From positions 2,592,001-2,656,000 of the forward strand of contig OZ255836.1 in assembly GCA_965277715.1 (NCBI GenBank): a stretch of 64,000 bases of DNA. The letters are read 5' to 3'. Source of the DNA: Gammaproteobacteria bacterium. Its GTDB lineage: Bacteria; Pseudomonadota; Gammaproteobacteria; JBCCGL01. Position 1 is the stretch's first letter, and every line of letters begins with the position of its first letter. This document shows positions 22,341-32,542 of the stretch, one piece after another. A program made the translations under genes and the position numbers. Under the pieces are notes generated by a model that had not been told where the DNA came from, ran no database searches, and saw only the letters and a program-made list of their open reading frames with translations.

Positions 22341-24136
22341 GACAGCGTTTCCGGGTCAGGTTGATTGTATTGCGGGGCGGGCGCACCGGGCATAATGACA
22401 TTAATGCAGGTCGGTGTTGACGATGCCAGGCCATTTGCCAACGCAGAGGGCAGCGCGGATAAGTCGGTGATTAAAACCCCCTCACAACCCAAACCACTGG
22501 CGGCCAGATCATAGCGGGTTTCAGCGCTCAATTCACACCCCAGCGTGCGCGATGGCCCATACTGCTGCAACTGGATATGGTGCTCGGCATTCCAGCGGGA
22601 GTCGTTACCGATTAATACGGTAATGCCCAGGGATTCTCTGGCGGCGGTTTCAAACTCAGCCAGGTGAAACCCGGCGGTGCCGTCGCCCATAATGGCAATC
22701 ACCACCGCTTCCGGGCGCGCCAACTGTGCGCCGATGGCATACGGCAGGGACGCGCCAATAGCACCGGAAGGCCCATTGGTCAGGCGCTGACTGTCAACTT
22801 GTGAGGTAAACGCCTGCGCCCATTGCCCAAACTCCCCGCCATCACAAATCACAATCTCCCCAGGATGTTCGATTCCAGGGTGTTCGATTCCAGTGGGTTG
22901 GATTCCAGTGGGTTGGATGCCGGGGTGTTGCGCCAATGCAGCGGCGACGCCATCGATAATCGCCTTGCTGTATAGCGCACTGTCAGTGGTATCGGCGAGC
23001 TGCCGGTGGTTCAATGCAATCGCTGCTCTGCGGCACCAATCACCGGGTACTGGGCAATCACCCTGTGCCGGGCGTTTTTCAATCAGTGGTTGGGGGGTTG
23101 CCCGGTTATTGTCTGTGGCATTGAGCAATTCCTCCACCGTCGCTATTGCATTGGCTGCCACCACGGTCAGTTGTTTATCCCTGAACACCGCGCTGGCACG
23201 ATTGACGGCGGCACAGCAGTCAGAGATGAACACGATATTATTGGCGGGAATCACCTCATCGGCGCCAAAGCCAGAGGTAAAGTCGACGGACTTACCCAAA
23301 TAACACACACAATCGGCCATGGATAACAGCGTACGCAATGCGCCGTGGGCCGGGTCACGCAGCCCACGCGGGCTATCGAGCACGACAACGGGCGCGCCCA
23401 GTGCCGCCGATAAAACACCGCATTGCCCGCGCCGCCGGGCGCTGAATACGTGTGGCCCGGCCAGGATAAGTGGCCGCTCTGCCGCCGTGAAGGTATCCAT
23501 AATAGTGGCGATTTGTGCGGTGCCTGGAGCGCGATGAGTGACCTTATTGTCAGCATAAATACGCGCTAACGGGTGCAGGGCGTGGGGGTCGGGCGCTGCT
23601 TCGATCACATCGAAGGGCAAGGCGATATGCACCGGCCCCGGCGTGCCCTGCTGGGCTGTTTGTACGGCTTTGGCAAAGACCTGCGCCGGGTCGTCTGCAA
23701 AAGACAGGCGCACACTGGCTTTAACAAAAGGGCTTGCGGCCGCCACCTGATCAAACTGCTGAAATGCCCCCGTACCATCCTGACCGACGGGGGAATCCCC
23801 ACTGAGCAACACCACCGGCACCTCAGACATCGACGCCGAATACAGCGCCCCCAGGGCGTTGGCAAACCCAGGGGCGGCGGTCACTAATGCAACCCCTATA
23901 CCGCCACTGACCCTGGCATAGGCCTCTGCCATAAACACAGCGGCGGCCTCGTGGCGGGTGTGTACTACCCGTATCGGGCAGTCATTAAAGGCATCGTAAA
24001 CCGGCATAATCTGATTGCCGGATAACGAAAACACCGTCGTCACCCCGGCATAATGCATTGCTGAGGCCAGGCGGTCAGCCGCACGTCGAGTGGTTTGGAG
24101 AGGCAGTGTATCGGCTAATTGGGGGGTGTCAGGCAT
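22337..24136 (-). CDS. Thiamine-diphosphate-dependent enzyme (acetolactate synthase/2-hydroxyacyl-CoA lyase-like family)
   Basis: RHEAAAVFMA and GPVHIALP motifs; GDG...N ThDP-binding motif. Confidence 0.85.
   Translation of the reverse strand: MPDTPQLADTLPLQTTRRAADRLASAMHYAGVTTVFSLSGNQIMPVYDAFNDCPIRVVHTRHEAAAVFMAEAYARVSGGIGVALVTAAPGFANALGALYSASMSEVPVVLLSGDSPVGQDGTGAFQQFDQVAAASPFVKASVRLSFADDPAQVFAKAVQTAQQGTPGPVHIALPFDVIEAAPDPHALHPLARIYADNKVTHRAPGTAQIATIMDTFTAAERPLILAGPHVFSARRRGQCGVLSAALGAPVVVLDSPRGLRDPAHGALRTLLSMADCVCYLGKSVDFTSGFGADEVIPANNIVFISDCCAAVNRASAVFRDKQLTVVAANAIATVEELLNATDNNRATPQPLIEKRPAQGDCPVPGDWCRRAAIALNHRQLADTTDSALYSKAIIDGVAAALAQHPGIQPTGIQPTGIEHPGIEHPGEIVICDGGEFGQWAQAFTSQVDSQRLTNGPSGAIGASLPYAIGAQLARPEAVVIAIMGDGTAGFHLAEFETAARESLGITVLIGNDSRWNAEHHIQLQQYGPSRTLGCELSAETRYDLAASGLGCEGVLITDLSALPSALANGLASSTPTCINVIMPGAPAPQYNQPDPETLS
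22860..22930. repeat. 15-bp in-frame tandem repeat (QHPGI-QPTGI-QPTGI-EHPGI-EHPG)
   Basis: ccaggatgttcgatt/ccagggtgttcgatt/ccagtgggttggatt/ccagtgggttggatg units. Confidence 0.85.
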
Positions 24137-24390
24137 GGGCAAAAAAGCACAAAAAGAGAGAGAGGGAGCAGATCAATCAAGGCATTTTCACACGCTGTTT
24201 GTTGGGGGCCTGGCATTTTTTGATCATGGCATAAAGCATGTTGAATAACAATTTTGACTCCTTTTTATTGCTTTTTCGTTGCTTTTTCATCTTTTTTAAT
24301 GATAGCGTTTTTGCATACGCCCACTGACTTCAACGCCGTTCCAGTGTATTCTTGCGCGCCCCGAAACAGGTACCCATTGTGGAAACCAAT

Positions 24391-24984
24391 ATGACACCGC
24401 GAACCGCTTCTGTCGAACGCAATACACTGGAAACCCAAATCGTCGTCGAGGTCAATCTGGACGGTTCGGGCGCCGCTACATTTGCCACTGGCGTGCCGTT
24501 TCTCGAACATATGCTGGAGCAGATTGCACGCCACGGACGGATCGATCTCACGATTCGCTGCCAGGGTGATACGCATATCGACGACCACCACTCGGTCGAG
24601 GATATCGGTATCACACTCGGCCAGGCTGTCAGCCAGGCGCTGGGTGACAAAAAAGGGATTGTACGGTACGGCCACGCGTATATCCCCCTGGATGAAGCCC
24701 TGTCACGCGTGGTGATCGATTTCTCCGGTCGGCCCGGGCTGGTGTTTAATGTCGATTTTATCCGCCCGCGTGTGGGCAGTTTTGATGTCGATTTGTTCTA
24801 CGAATTCTTTCAGGGCTTTGTCAACCACGCCAATGTCACGCTGCACATCGATAACCTGCGCGGCCACAATGAACACCACAAAATCGAAACTGTCTTTAAA
24901 GCCTTTGCCCGTGCGCTGCGCATGGCGATAAGCCCTGACCCACGTATGGCGGGGGTTACCCCATCGACCAAGGGCAGCCTGTAA
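24391..24984 (+). CDS. hisB: Imidazoleglycerol-phosphate dehydratase
   Basis: IDDHHSVED and NEHHKIE motifs; STKGSL C-terminus. Confidence 0.97.
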   Translation: MTPRTASVERNTLETQIVVEVNLDGSGAATFATGVPFLEHMLEQIARHGRIDLTIRCQGDTHIDDHHSVEDIGITLGQAVSQALGDKKGIVRYGHAYIPLDEALSRVVIDFSGRPGLVFNVDFIRPRVGSFDVDLFYEFFQGFVNHANVTLHIDNLRGHNEHHKIETVFKAFARALRMAISPDPRMAGVTPSTKGSL

Positions 24985-24997
24985 CCCCCTCAAGACT

Positions 24998-25663
24998 ATG
25001 GCTTCGACAGATAAACAAACGGTCGCTGTTATCGATTACGGCATGGGAAATTTGCGCTCGGTGGCGCGTGCACTAGCGCATGTGGCCAGTGGTGCCGAGG
25101 TGATTGTCAGCGGCGACAGCGCGGTGATAGCGGCGGCTGACCGGGTGGTATTTCCCGGCCAGGGCGCAGCCCGCGATTGTATGCACAATCTGCGTGCGTA
25201 TTCACTGGTCGAGGCGGTAACGGCTGCGTATCACGAAAAACCGTTTCTCGGGATTTGTATGGGCCTGCAGGTGTTGCTTGGCCGCAGTGATGAAAACGAC
25301 GGCATCGACTGCCTGGGGTTGGTGCCCGGTGGGGTGCACGAGTTTGCTCACCAGGGTGGCGATACGGATACCGGGGTGCGCTTATCGGTGCCACAAATGG
25401 GCTGGAACCAGGTGTGGCAGGCAGACAGCCAGCACCCGCTCTGGCACAAGGTGCAAGAGGGGGCGCGGTTTTATTTCTGTAACAGTTATTACGTCGATCC
25501 ACAGGATCATATGCTGGCCGTTGGGCGCAGCCACTACGGCCACGGTTTTACCAGTGCCATTGCCCGGCGCAATGTGTTTGCCTGCCAGTTTCACCCGGAG
25601 AAAAGCGCCACTGACGGCTTACAGTTACTGAGGAATTTTGTGCAGTGGAACGGTCAGTACTGA
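24998..25663 (+). CDS. hisH: IGP synthase glutaminase subunit
   Basis: DYGMGN, GICMGLQ and QFHPEKS motifs. Confidence 0.97.
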   Translation: MASTDKQTVAVIDYGMGNLRSVARALAHVASGAEVIVSGDSAVIAAADRVVFPGQGAARDCMHNLRAYSLVEAVTAAYHEKPFLGICMGLQVLLGRSDENDGIDCLGLVPGGVHEFAHQGGDTDTGVRLSVPQMGWNQVWQADSQHPLWHKVQEGARFYFCNSYYVDPQDHMLAVGRSHYGHGFTSAIARRNVFACQFHPEKSATDGLQLLRNFVQWNGQY

Positions 25664-26151
25664 TTCGCAACGCACAGCAGCGGGACCTGCCTGCGCTGAC
25701 GGCCATCTACAACCACTATGTCGAGCACTCGGTGATAACCTTTGATACCGAGGTATTCAGCACGGCACAACGGCAGGCGTGGTTTGATCGGTTTAGCCAA
25801 ACAGGCCGCCACCGTTTATTGGTCGCCGTGTGTGAAGGTGAACCCGTCGGCTATGCCTGTAGCGCACCGCTAAGACCCAAACCGGCGTATAGCACCTCGG
25901 TTGAAACGACAATTTATCTACGCGCTGATGCCGGTGGCAAAGGCATTGGCCGACAGTTGTATAGCGCTTTGCTGGCAGTATTGGCAGAGGCGGACGTGCA
26001 CCGCGCCTACGCCGTGCTGGCGCTGCCTAATGACGCCTCGCGCCAGCTCCACCTGGCGCTGGGGTTTGCGCCCCTGCACGTGCTACATGAAGTCGGCAGG
26101 AAATGGGGGCGCTACGTCGACACCGAATGGTTTGAGAAAAAGTTGGACTGA
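25645..26151 (+). CDS. GNAT N-acetyltransferase (Pat/YncA-MnaT-like)
   Basis: IYNHYV...ITFD, GKGIG, PNDAS..LH..LGF and VGRKWGRY motifs. Confidence 0.85.
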   Translation: MERSVLIRNAQQRDLPALTAIYNHYVEHSVITFDTEVFSTAQRQAWFDRFSQTGRHRLLVAVCEGEPVGYACSAPLRPKPAYSTSVETTIYLRADAGGKGIGRQLYSALLAVLAEADVHRAYAVLALPNDASRQLHLALGFAPLHVLHEVGRKWGRYVDTEWFEKKLD

Positions 26152-26152
26152 T

Positions 26153-26902
26153 ATGTTACTGATTCCTGCAATCGATATAAAAGAGGGCCAGTGCGTGCGT
26201 TTGCGCCAGGGGTGTATGGACGATAACACGGTGTTTTCCAGTGACCCGGTCGCGGTGGCCGGGCGCTGGGTCGATGAAGGCGCCCGGCGGCTGCATTTGG
26301 TCGATCTCGACGGCGCCTTTGCCGGTGAACCAAAAAACGCGGCGATTGTGCGCCGTATCCACGAGGCTTACCCCCAGTTGCCGCTGCAAATCGGCGGCGG
26401 TATACGCACGCCGGACACCGCCACCGCCTACCTCGACGCGGGGGTGTCGTTTGTGATTATTGGCACCCAGGCAGTGCGTGACCCGGCCTTTGTCAGTGCG
26501 CTGTGCCAGCAGTGCCCCGGCCAGGTAATCGTTGGCCTGGATGCCCGCGATGGTCTGCTGGCGGTGGAGGGCTGGGCGCAGAGCTCCGGTGTCGATGCGA
26601 TTGCGCTGGCGCAACAGTTTGAAGGCGCTGGCGTCGCGGCCATTGTGTATACCGATATTGCCCGCGACGGCATGATGCGGGGGGTTAACGCCGCCGCCAC
26701 CGAGCGCCTGGCGCAGGCGATTTCAATTCCTGTGATCGCCTCCGGTGGGGTCACTGACCTGGCGGATATCGAGCGGCTCTGCGAGGTGGCCACGGCGGGC
26801 ATCAGCGGTGCCATTATTGGCCGGGCGCTCTACGAAGGCCGGATCGACCTGGCCGATGCAAAGCAATTGGTCGGCGATATGCTGGGTGAAGGGCTGGCCT
26901 GA
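26153..26902 (+). CDS. hisA: ProFAR isomerase
   Basis: [21 protein letters not shown] and YTDIARDG motifs. Confidence 0.97.
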   Translation: MLLIPAIDIKEGQCVRLRQGCMDDNTVFSSDPVAVAGRWVDEGARRLHLVDLDGAFAGEPKNAAIVRRIHEAYPQLPLQIGGGIRTPDTATAYLDAGVSFVIIGTQAVRDPAFVSALCQQCPGQVIVGLDARDGLLAVEGWAQSSGVDAIALAQQFEGAGVAAIVYTDIARDGMMRGVNAAATERLAQAISIPVIASGGVTDLADIERLCEVATAGISGAIIGRALYEGRIDLADAKQLVGDMLGEGLA

Positions 26903-27675
26903 TGGGCTTGGCAAAACGCATCATCCCCTGCCTGGATGTCGACAATGGCCGCGTGGTTAAAGGCGTGCAGTTTGTCGATATTCGCGACGCGGGTGACCCG
27001 GTGGAAGTGGCCCGGCGCTACAACGCCGAGGGCGCCGATGAAATTACCTTTCTCGATATTACTGCCAGCTCAAGCGAGCGCGCAACCCTGGTCGATGTGG
27101 TCGAGCGGGTGGCCGATGAAGTCTTTATTCCACTCACTGTGGGGGGCGGTATTCGCACCCTGAACGATGTGCGCACGCTGCTCAATGCCGGGGCCGATAA
27201 AGTCGGTATCAACACCGCCGCGATTACCCACCCGTATTTTGTGCGTGAGGCCAGTGAGAAATTTGGTGCACAGTGCATCGTCGTCGCCATCGACGCCAAG
27301 TGCGTCAGTGTGGATAACGAAACACCGCGCTTTGAAATATTCACCCACGGCGGGCGCAAACCCACGGGGCTGGACGCCATTGAATGGGCGCGCAAAATGG
27401 CCGACTATGGCGCCGGTGAAATCCTCCTGACCAGTATGGACAGGGATGGCACCAAGGCGGGGTTTAACCTGCCGCTGACGCGGGCCATCGTCGATGCCGT
27501 GCCGGTGCCGGTTATCGCCTCCGGTGGCGTCGGCAACCTCGATCACCTCTGCGATGGCGTTTTGCTCGGCGGTGCCGATGCGGTGCTCGCCGCCAGCATA
27601 TTTCACTTTGGCGAATACACCATTGGCCAGGCCAAAGCGCGTATGCACGAGCGCGGCATTGAAGTCCGGCTGTAA
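26902..27675 (+). CDS. hisF: IGP synthase cyclase subunit
   Basis: KRIIPCLDV and LTSMDRDGT motifs. Confidence 0.98.
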   Translation: MGLAKRIIPCLDVDNGRVVKGVQFVDIRDAGDPVEVARRYNAEGADEITFLDITASSSERATLVDVVERVADEVFIPLTVGGGIRTLNDVRTLLNAGADKVGINTAAITHPYFVREASEKFGAQCIVVAIDAKCVSVDNETPRFEIFTHGGRKPTGLDAIEWARKMADYGAGEILLTSMDRDGTKAGFNLPLTRAIVDAVPVPVIASGGVGNLDHLCDGVLLGGADAVLAASIFHFGEYTIGQAKARMHERGIEVRL

Positions 27676-27720
27676 ACATCAGCGTGCCAAACCTGGAAAA
27701 ACAAGGGCTTACCCCTCGCC

Positions 27721-28125
27721 ATGAATGAACACTTTCTCGATCAAATCCACTGGAACGAGGCGGGCCTGGTCGCGGCCATCGCCCAGCAGACTGAAACCGG
27801 CACGGTACTGATGATGGCGTGGATGAGCCGCGAATCGTTACAGTTGACCATCGAGCGCGGCGAGGCGGTGTACTGGTCGCGCTCCAGGAATAAGCTGTGG
27901 CACAAGGGTGAGGTGTCCGGTAACACACAATTGGTGCGCGGAATTCGCCTCGACTGCGATGCCGACGTGCTGCTGTTGGAAGTCGAGCAGCGCGGCGATA
28001 TCGCCTGCCACACGGGGCGCCAGCACTGTTTTTTCCGCCGCTATGAAAACGGCGCGTGGCGTGTGAGTGATGCTGTGTTGCGTGACCCTGAAACAATGTA
28101 TACACAAAAGAATAGAGATTCGTAG
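27721..28125 (+). CDS. hisI: Phosphoribosyl-AMP cyclohydrolase
   Basis: WSRSR..LWHKGE.SG, DCDAD and ACHTG motifs. Confidence 0.96.
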   Translation: MNEHFLDQIHWNEAGLVAAIAQQTETGTVLMMAWMSRESLQLTIERGEAVYWSRSRNKLWHKGEVSGNTQLVRGIRLDCDADVLLLEVEQRGDIACHTGRQHCFFRRYENGAWRVSDAVLRDPETMYTQKNRDS

Positions 28126-28126
28126 C

Positions 28127-28453
28127 ATGTCTGAGGCTATACTTCGCATCCTGGCGCAACAGCTCGAACAACGCAAAGCGGCAGACCCTGCCACCTCGTA
28201 TGTCGCCAGCCTGTACCATAAAGGGCGTGATGAAATCCTGAAAAAGGTCGGTGAGGAAGCCATCGAAACCGTGCTGGCAGGTAAAAATGACGACGACCGG
28301 CACCTCGTCTATGAAACCGCCGATTTATGGTTTCATACCCTGGTTATGCTGGCGCAGCGGGGCCTTGGCCCGGAGCATGTATTAAACGAATTGCAGCGGC
28401 GGTTTGGCCAGTCGGGTCACCAGGAAAAAGCGGCGCGTTGCAAAACTGAGTAA
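28127..28453 (+). CDS. hisE: Phosphoribosyl-ATP diphosphatase
   Basis: [15 protein letters not shown] and ETADLWFH motifs. Confidence 0.96.
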   Translation: MSEAILRILAQQLEQRKAADPATSYVASLYHKGRDEILKKVGEEAIETVLAGKNDDDRHLVYETADLWFHTLVMLAQRGLGPEHVLNELQRRFGQSGHQEKAARCKTE

Positions 28454-28474
28454 TAGAGAAACTGGAGAGAATTT

Positions 28475-28705
28475 ATGGGCATTAGTGTTTGGCAATTATT
28501 GATTATCCTGGCCATCGTGCTGTTGTTGTTTGGCGCCAAGCGCCTGCGCAATATCGGTGGTGACCTCGGCGCGGCGGTGCGTGGGTTTAAACAATCGGTA
28601 AAAGACGAGGGTGAAAGCGAGGCCGAAAAGCTTAAAGACGCCAGCGAAGAGCGCGTGATTGAAGGCGAGGCCAATGCCAAAGTAGCGGAAAAGGAAAAAG
28701 CCTGA
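28475..28705 (+). CDS. tatA: Twin-arginine translocase subunit A
   Basis: WQLLII...LLFG.KRL...G.DLG..V.GFK pattern. Confidence 0.96.
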   Translation: MGISVWQLLIILAIVLLLFGAKRLRNIGGDLGAAVRGFKQSVKDEGESEAEKLKDASEERVIEGEANAKVAEKEKA

Positions 28706-28741
28706 ACCACCGTATTACGGTCACCGGGCTGAACGCACACC

Positions 28742-29260
28742 ATGTTCGATATTGGTTTTTGGGAAATTTGCCTTATTGGCATCGTCGGTCTGCTGGTGAT
28801 CGGCCCGGACCGGCTGCCCGGTGTGGCGCGTACCGTAGGCCGCTGGGTGGGCAAGGCGCAGCGCATGGTGAACGGGGTCAAGTCTGACATTAACCGCGAA
28901 CTGGAGGCCGGTGAGCTGCGCGAATTGCTCGGTGAGCAGAAAAAACAAATCCAGGCGCTGCAGGGCCTGGTCGGTGACACCAAAAGCGACGTGGAGTCCT
29001 CCACCCGCGATGCCATCGCCGCCAGCGAAAAATCCTGGGCTGAAGAAGTCGCCGAGTTTCACGCACAGGAAGCAAAACAACAGAGCGACCAAAACACTAT
29101 TATGCCGCCACCGGCAGGCACCGCTGAAGGGGTTGCTTCCGGTGACAGTGCTGCACCACCGTCACCGGTTGATACAGGCGATGGCAGGGCCACACCGCCG
29201 CCACAGACTAACCCAATCAGCCACGATGCTGCCGACGAGGCAGATAATAGAACAGTATGA
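28742..29260 (+). CDS. tatB: Twin-arginine translocase subunit B
   Basis: MFDIGFWE...GPDRLP pattern. Confidence 0.96.
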   Translation: MFDIGFWEICLIGIVGLLVIGPDRLPGVARTVGRWVGKAQRMVNGVKSDINRELEAGELRELLGEQKKQIQALQGLVGDTKSDVESSTRDAIAASEKSWAEEVAEFHAQEAKQQSDQNTIMPPPAGTAEGVASGDSAAPPSPVDTGDGRATPPPQTNPISHDAADEADNRTV

Positions 29261-30213
29261 GTAGCACCGAGGAAGAAGTACTCGACGACGAGGGAAAAGA
29301 ACAGGGGTTCCTCTCGCACCTGTACGAACTGCGTGACCGGCTACTGCGCAGCGTATTGTCGGTCATTATTTTATTCGCCTGCCTGTTCGCCTTCTCCGAA
29401 GAGATTTACACCTGGCTGGCCGATCCCTTGTTAAGACACCTGCCAGAAGGCTCTAATATGATCGCCATCGACGTGGCGTCGCCGTTTCTGACCCCGTTCA
29501 AACTGGTGTTGATGCTCTCTATTTTTCTCGCCGTACCCTACCTGTTATCCCAGATCTGGGGGTTTGTGGCGCCGGGTTTATACAAGAGTGAGAAGCGCCT
29601 GGCGGTGCCTTTGCTGGTGTCCAGTACGGTGCTGTTTTATTGCGGCGTTGCGTTTGCCTATTTTGTGGTGTTTCCACTGGTGTTTGGTTTCTTTACCAGC
29701 ATTGCCCCCGCCGGGGTTGAAGTCAGCACCGATATTGCGCGCTATCTGGATTTTGTTATCACCATATTCTTTGCCTTTGGCATCGCGTTTGAAGTCCCGA
29801 TTGCGGTGTTTTTATTAATCGCCACGGGCATAACCACCCCCGAAGACCTCGCCTCCAAACGGCCTTACTTTATTGTCGCCGCGTTTATCGTGGGTATGTT
29901 TTTGACCCCGCCGGATATCATCTCGCAAACCCTGTTGGCCCTGCCGATGTGGCTATTGTTTGAACTGGGCATTATTTTTGCGAAACTAATGTTGCGCAAA
30001 CCTGACTCAGCACCTGAGCCGGGTAGCGGTTCGATGCCTCTGGCCAGCCAGCCGTTGATAACGACAGCGGCTACCGCTGCAACCGCCTCTAACAGTCAAG
30101 ATGATGACGATTATGTTGAAATGACGGATGAGGAAATGGATGCGGAACTGGATAAGATTGAGGCACAAGAGGATGGGAGTGATGACACACCAGCGGGTTC
30201 AGCCAAGCCATAG
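29257..30213 (+). CDS. tatC: Twin-arginine translocase subunit C (acidic C-terminal extension)
   Basis: HL.ELR.RL, FVAPGLY..E, FEVP and TPPD..SQ motifs. Confidence 0.97.
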   Translation: MSSTEEEVLDDEGKEQGFLSHLYELRDRLLRSVLSVIILFACLFAFSEEIYTWLADPLLRHLPEGSNMIAIDVASPFLTPFKLVLMLSIFLAVPYLLSQIWGFVAPGLYKSEKRLAVPLLVSSTVLFYCGVAFAYFVVFPLVFGFFTSIAPAGVEVSTDIARYLDFVITIFFAFGIAFEVPIAVFLLIATGITTPEDLASKRPYFIVAAFIVGMFLTPPDIISQTLLALPMWLLFELGIIFAKLMLRKPDSAPEPGSGSMPLASQPLITTAATAATASNSQDDDDYVEMTDEEMDAELDKIEAQEDGSDDTPAGSAKP

Positions 30214-30221
30214 CTGCACTT

Positions 30222-30342
30222 AGGAACGTGCACATTTACTCTTTTTCAATACGCTATTGTATTAATAACACGCTTGGCCAACTCAACTATAAGGTAAATG
30301 GGTACATTTACGAATCCCGGAGTTTATTTCGTGCACGTTCCT
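30222..30342. mobile_element. Possible 121-bp MITE with 12-bp terminal inverted repeats (AGGAACGTGCAC)
   Basis: Perfect inverted pair at 30222-30233 and 30331-30342 between convergent tatC and tctA. No clean target duplication. Confidence 0.4.
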
Positions 30343-30425
30343 GTACGCCTATAATGCGTTACATCAAAGTGGGTGGCGACACCTGTCAGTGTGTAACCAC
30401 CTGATCGTTGACCTGGCATTTATAC

Positions 30426-31946
30426 TCAAATAGCAGGGTTCGATTCAATACGAAAAAAACGTTTAATAACCCGCTGAAAAACCGGCGCAACCAACACCAA
30501 AAAAGTTAACGACATAATGCCAAGCGTAATCGGGCGCTCCCATAAAAAACTGAGACTATCGTCGTTGATCAACAAAGCACGCCGAAGGTTGTCCTCCATC
30601 ATGCCACCAAGGATAAACCCCAACAGCAACGGTGCCATTGGAAAAGTCATTAAACGAAGGAATATCGCCAACGCACAGATACCAACCATAATCAGAATAT
30701 CTGTCGGGTTAAATGACACCAGATAAACCCCGGTAATTGAAAACAACAGAATCATCGGTATCAATACAGGCTTGGGGATAATCAGCAGGCGGGCGATGTA
30801 AGGAATCAGTGGCAGGTTCAGAATCAACAAAACCACATTGCCAATGTACATCGAAATAATCACCGACCAAAACACTTCAGGGTTGTCGATAAATAATCTT
30901 GGGCCAGGCTGAATGCCATAGGAAATCAGCGCGCCAAGCATAATAGCGGTGGTGCCAGAGCCTGGGATGCCCAGCGTTAACAAAGGCACGAATGAGCCGG
31001 AAGAGGCGGCGTTATTGGCTGCTTCAGGGGCGGCCAGTCCGCGCAAAGAACCACTGCCAAAGGCGTCTTTCCTGCTACCTTTGGCGATATTACGCTCAGT
31101 GCCATAAGCCAGAAAAGCGGCGATTGTAGCGCCCGCACCCGGCAGAACACCTACCAGAAAACCCAGTACAGAGGAGCGTGCAATAGTGGGGGCAACTTCT
31201 TTTACTTCCTCACGGCGCAGTTTCATGCTGCCGGGCCTGCCCATATCGTGCACCTCTGCGTTTTCATCGCTGCGCTCAAGCACTGACATCATCGCCTCGG
31301 CGAGGGCGAAGGTGGCCATTGCCAACAGCAGAAAGCTGATGCCATCGAGTAGATCGACAGAACCAAAGGTAAAACGCTCGACTCCGGTTGCGCGGTCGAT
31401 ACCGACTGTCGATAGCATTAAACCAAACACTGTCATCATCAATGCTTTGATGATTTGCCCTTTACCGCTAAATGCGGCCACCGCAGAAAGGCCGAGCACC
31501 ATTAATGCGAAATAGTCAGCCGACTGAAAGCTAAGCGATACGTTGGCCAGCACCGGCGCTGCCAGCAACAAAAAAACAGCCGATATAGTGCCGCCGGTGA
31601 ACGATGCATAAGCGGCCAGCGCTAAAGCCTTGCCCGCATCGCCACGGGCGGCCATGGGATAACCGTCAAACGCAGTGACAACCGTGCCGGAACAACCGGG
31701 CGCGTTGATAAGAATGGAAGAGGTCGAACCGCCGAAAATAGCTCCGTAGTAAACACCTGCCATCAGAATAATGCCGGAAGAGGGGTCGATCCCGTAGGTG
31801 ATCGGGATCATTAAGGCGATGGCCGAGACGGGGCCTAATCCGGGTAACATGCCAATAAAAGTACCGACAAAGCAACCGAGCACCACCATGGCCAGATTAG
31901 TCGGCATGACGGCGGTTTGTAAACCGATAAGGATACCGTCGAGCAT
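30426..31946 (-). CDS. tctA: Tripartite tricarboxylate transporter large membrane subunit
   Basis: G.LPGLGP, YGA.FGGS, APEAANNA and LGIPGS motifs. Confidence 0.95.
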   Translation of the reverse strand: MLDGILIGLQTAVMPTNLAMVVLGCFVGTFIGMLPGLGPVSAIALMIPITYGIDPSSGIILMAGVYYGAIFGGSTSSILINAPGCSGTVVTAFDGYPMAARGDAGKALALAAYASFTGGTISAVFLLLAAPVLANVSLSFQSADYFALMVLGLSAVAAFSGKGQIIKALMMTVFGLMLSTVGIDRATGVERFTFGSVDLLDGISFLLLAMATFALAEAMMSVLERSDENAEVHDMGRPGSMKLRREEVKEVAPTIARSSVLGFLVGVLPGAGATIAAFLAYGTERNIAKGSRKDAFGSGSLRGLAAPEAANNAASSGSFVPLLTLGIPGSGTTAIMLGALISYGIQPGPRLFIDNPEVFWSVIISMYIGNVVLLILNLPLIPYIARLLIIPKPVLIPMILLFSITGVYLVSFNPTDILIMVGICALAIFLRLMTFPMAPLLLGFILGGMMEDNLRRALLINDDSLSFLWERPITLGIMSLTFLVLVAPVFQRVIKRFFRIESNPAI

Positions 31947-31947
31947 G

Positions 31948-32421
31948 TTACTGTCCTGCGACAATGCGCCCTGGCGCGAGGTAAATGTCGAGTAGTTGGG
32001 TTAAGCCAAACCAGAAACCAAAAACAAACGGTAACGATACAAAGAGCAGAACTTTAATGCGCTTTTCACCGAGAATGCGAAACCCCGCGATCAAAAACAG
32101 GACAGTGGCAATCAGAAAACCCAACCAATCGAGCGCTAAACCGTATAGCAGGCTGATTGACATCAACCCGATAAGCGGGCGCCAGTTCAGGTGTTTCCAT
32201 TTCGGCGCGCTTAGGTGTCTGAGTTCGTTTGTCGTGCCGCCGATCAGTAGACACAGGGATAGCACAATACCCAGCCCGGACAATACAAATGGCAGCGTTT
32301 GGGCTGTCATGGCCTCATATTCATCGCCGGGGTAGAGTTTGATCCTGTTCGCGTAGTAACCGTATAGAATCGATACCACCAGGAAAAACAATGCCCCGAT
32401 TTGCTCTTTGGAAAGTGTCAT
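31948..32421 (-). CDS. tctB: Tripartite tricarboxylate transporter small membrane subunit
   Basis: Four transmembrane helices, LGF..AT motif, position between tctC and tctA. Confidence 0.85.
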   Translation of the reverse strand: MTLSKEQIGALFFLVVSILYGYYANRIKLYPGDEYEAMTAQTLPFVLSGLGIVLSLCLLIGGTTNELRHLSAPKWKHLNWRPLIGLMSISLLYGLALDWLGFLIATVLFLIAGFRILGEKRIKVLLFVSLPFVFGFWFGLTQLLDIYLAPGRIVAGQ

Positions 32422-32542
32422 GGTGTGGTGTTCAGGCCTAATCGTTCGAGGGAATAAACACGTGTGAACAACGCTTTGTTGTGAGGTAAAACTTCGTGCG
32501 TGTTCACGGGAGTGTGGTCAGTGTTATGCCGTTTATTAAGCC

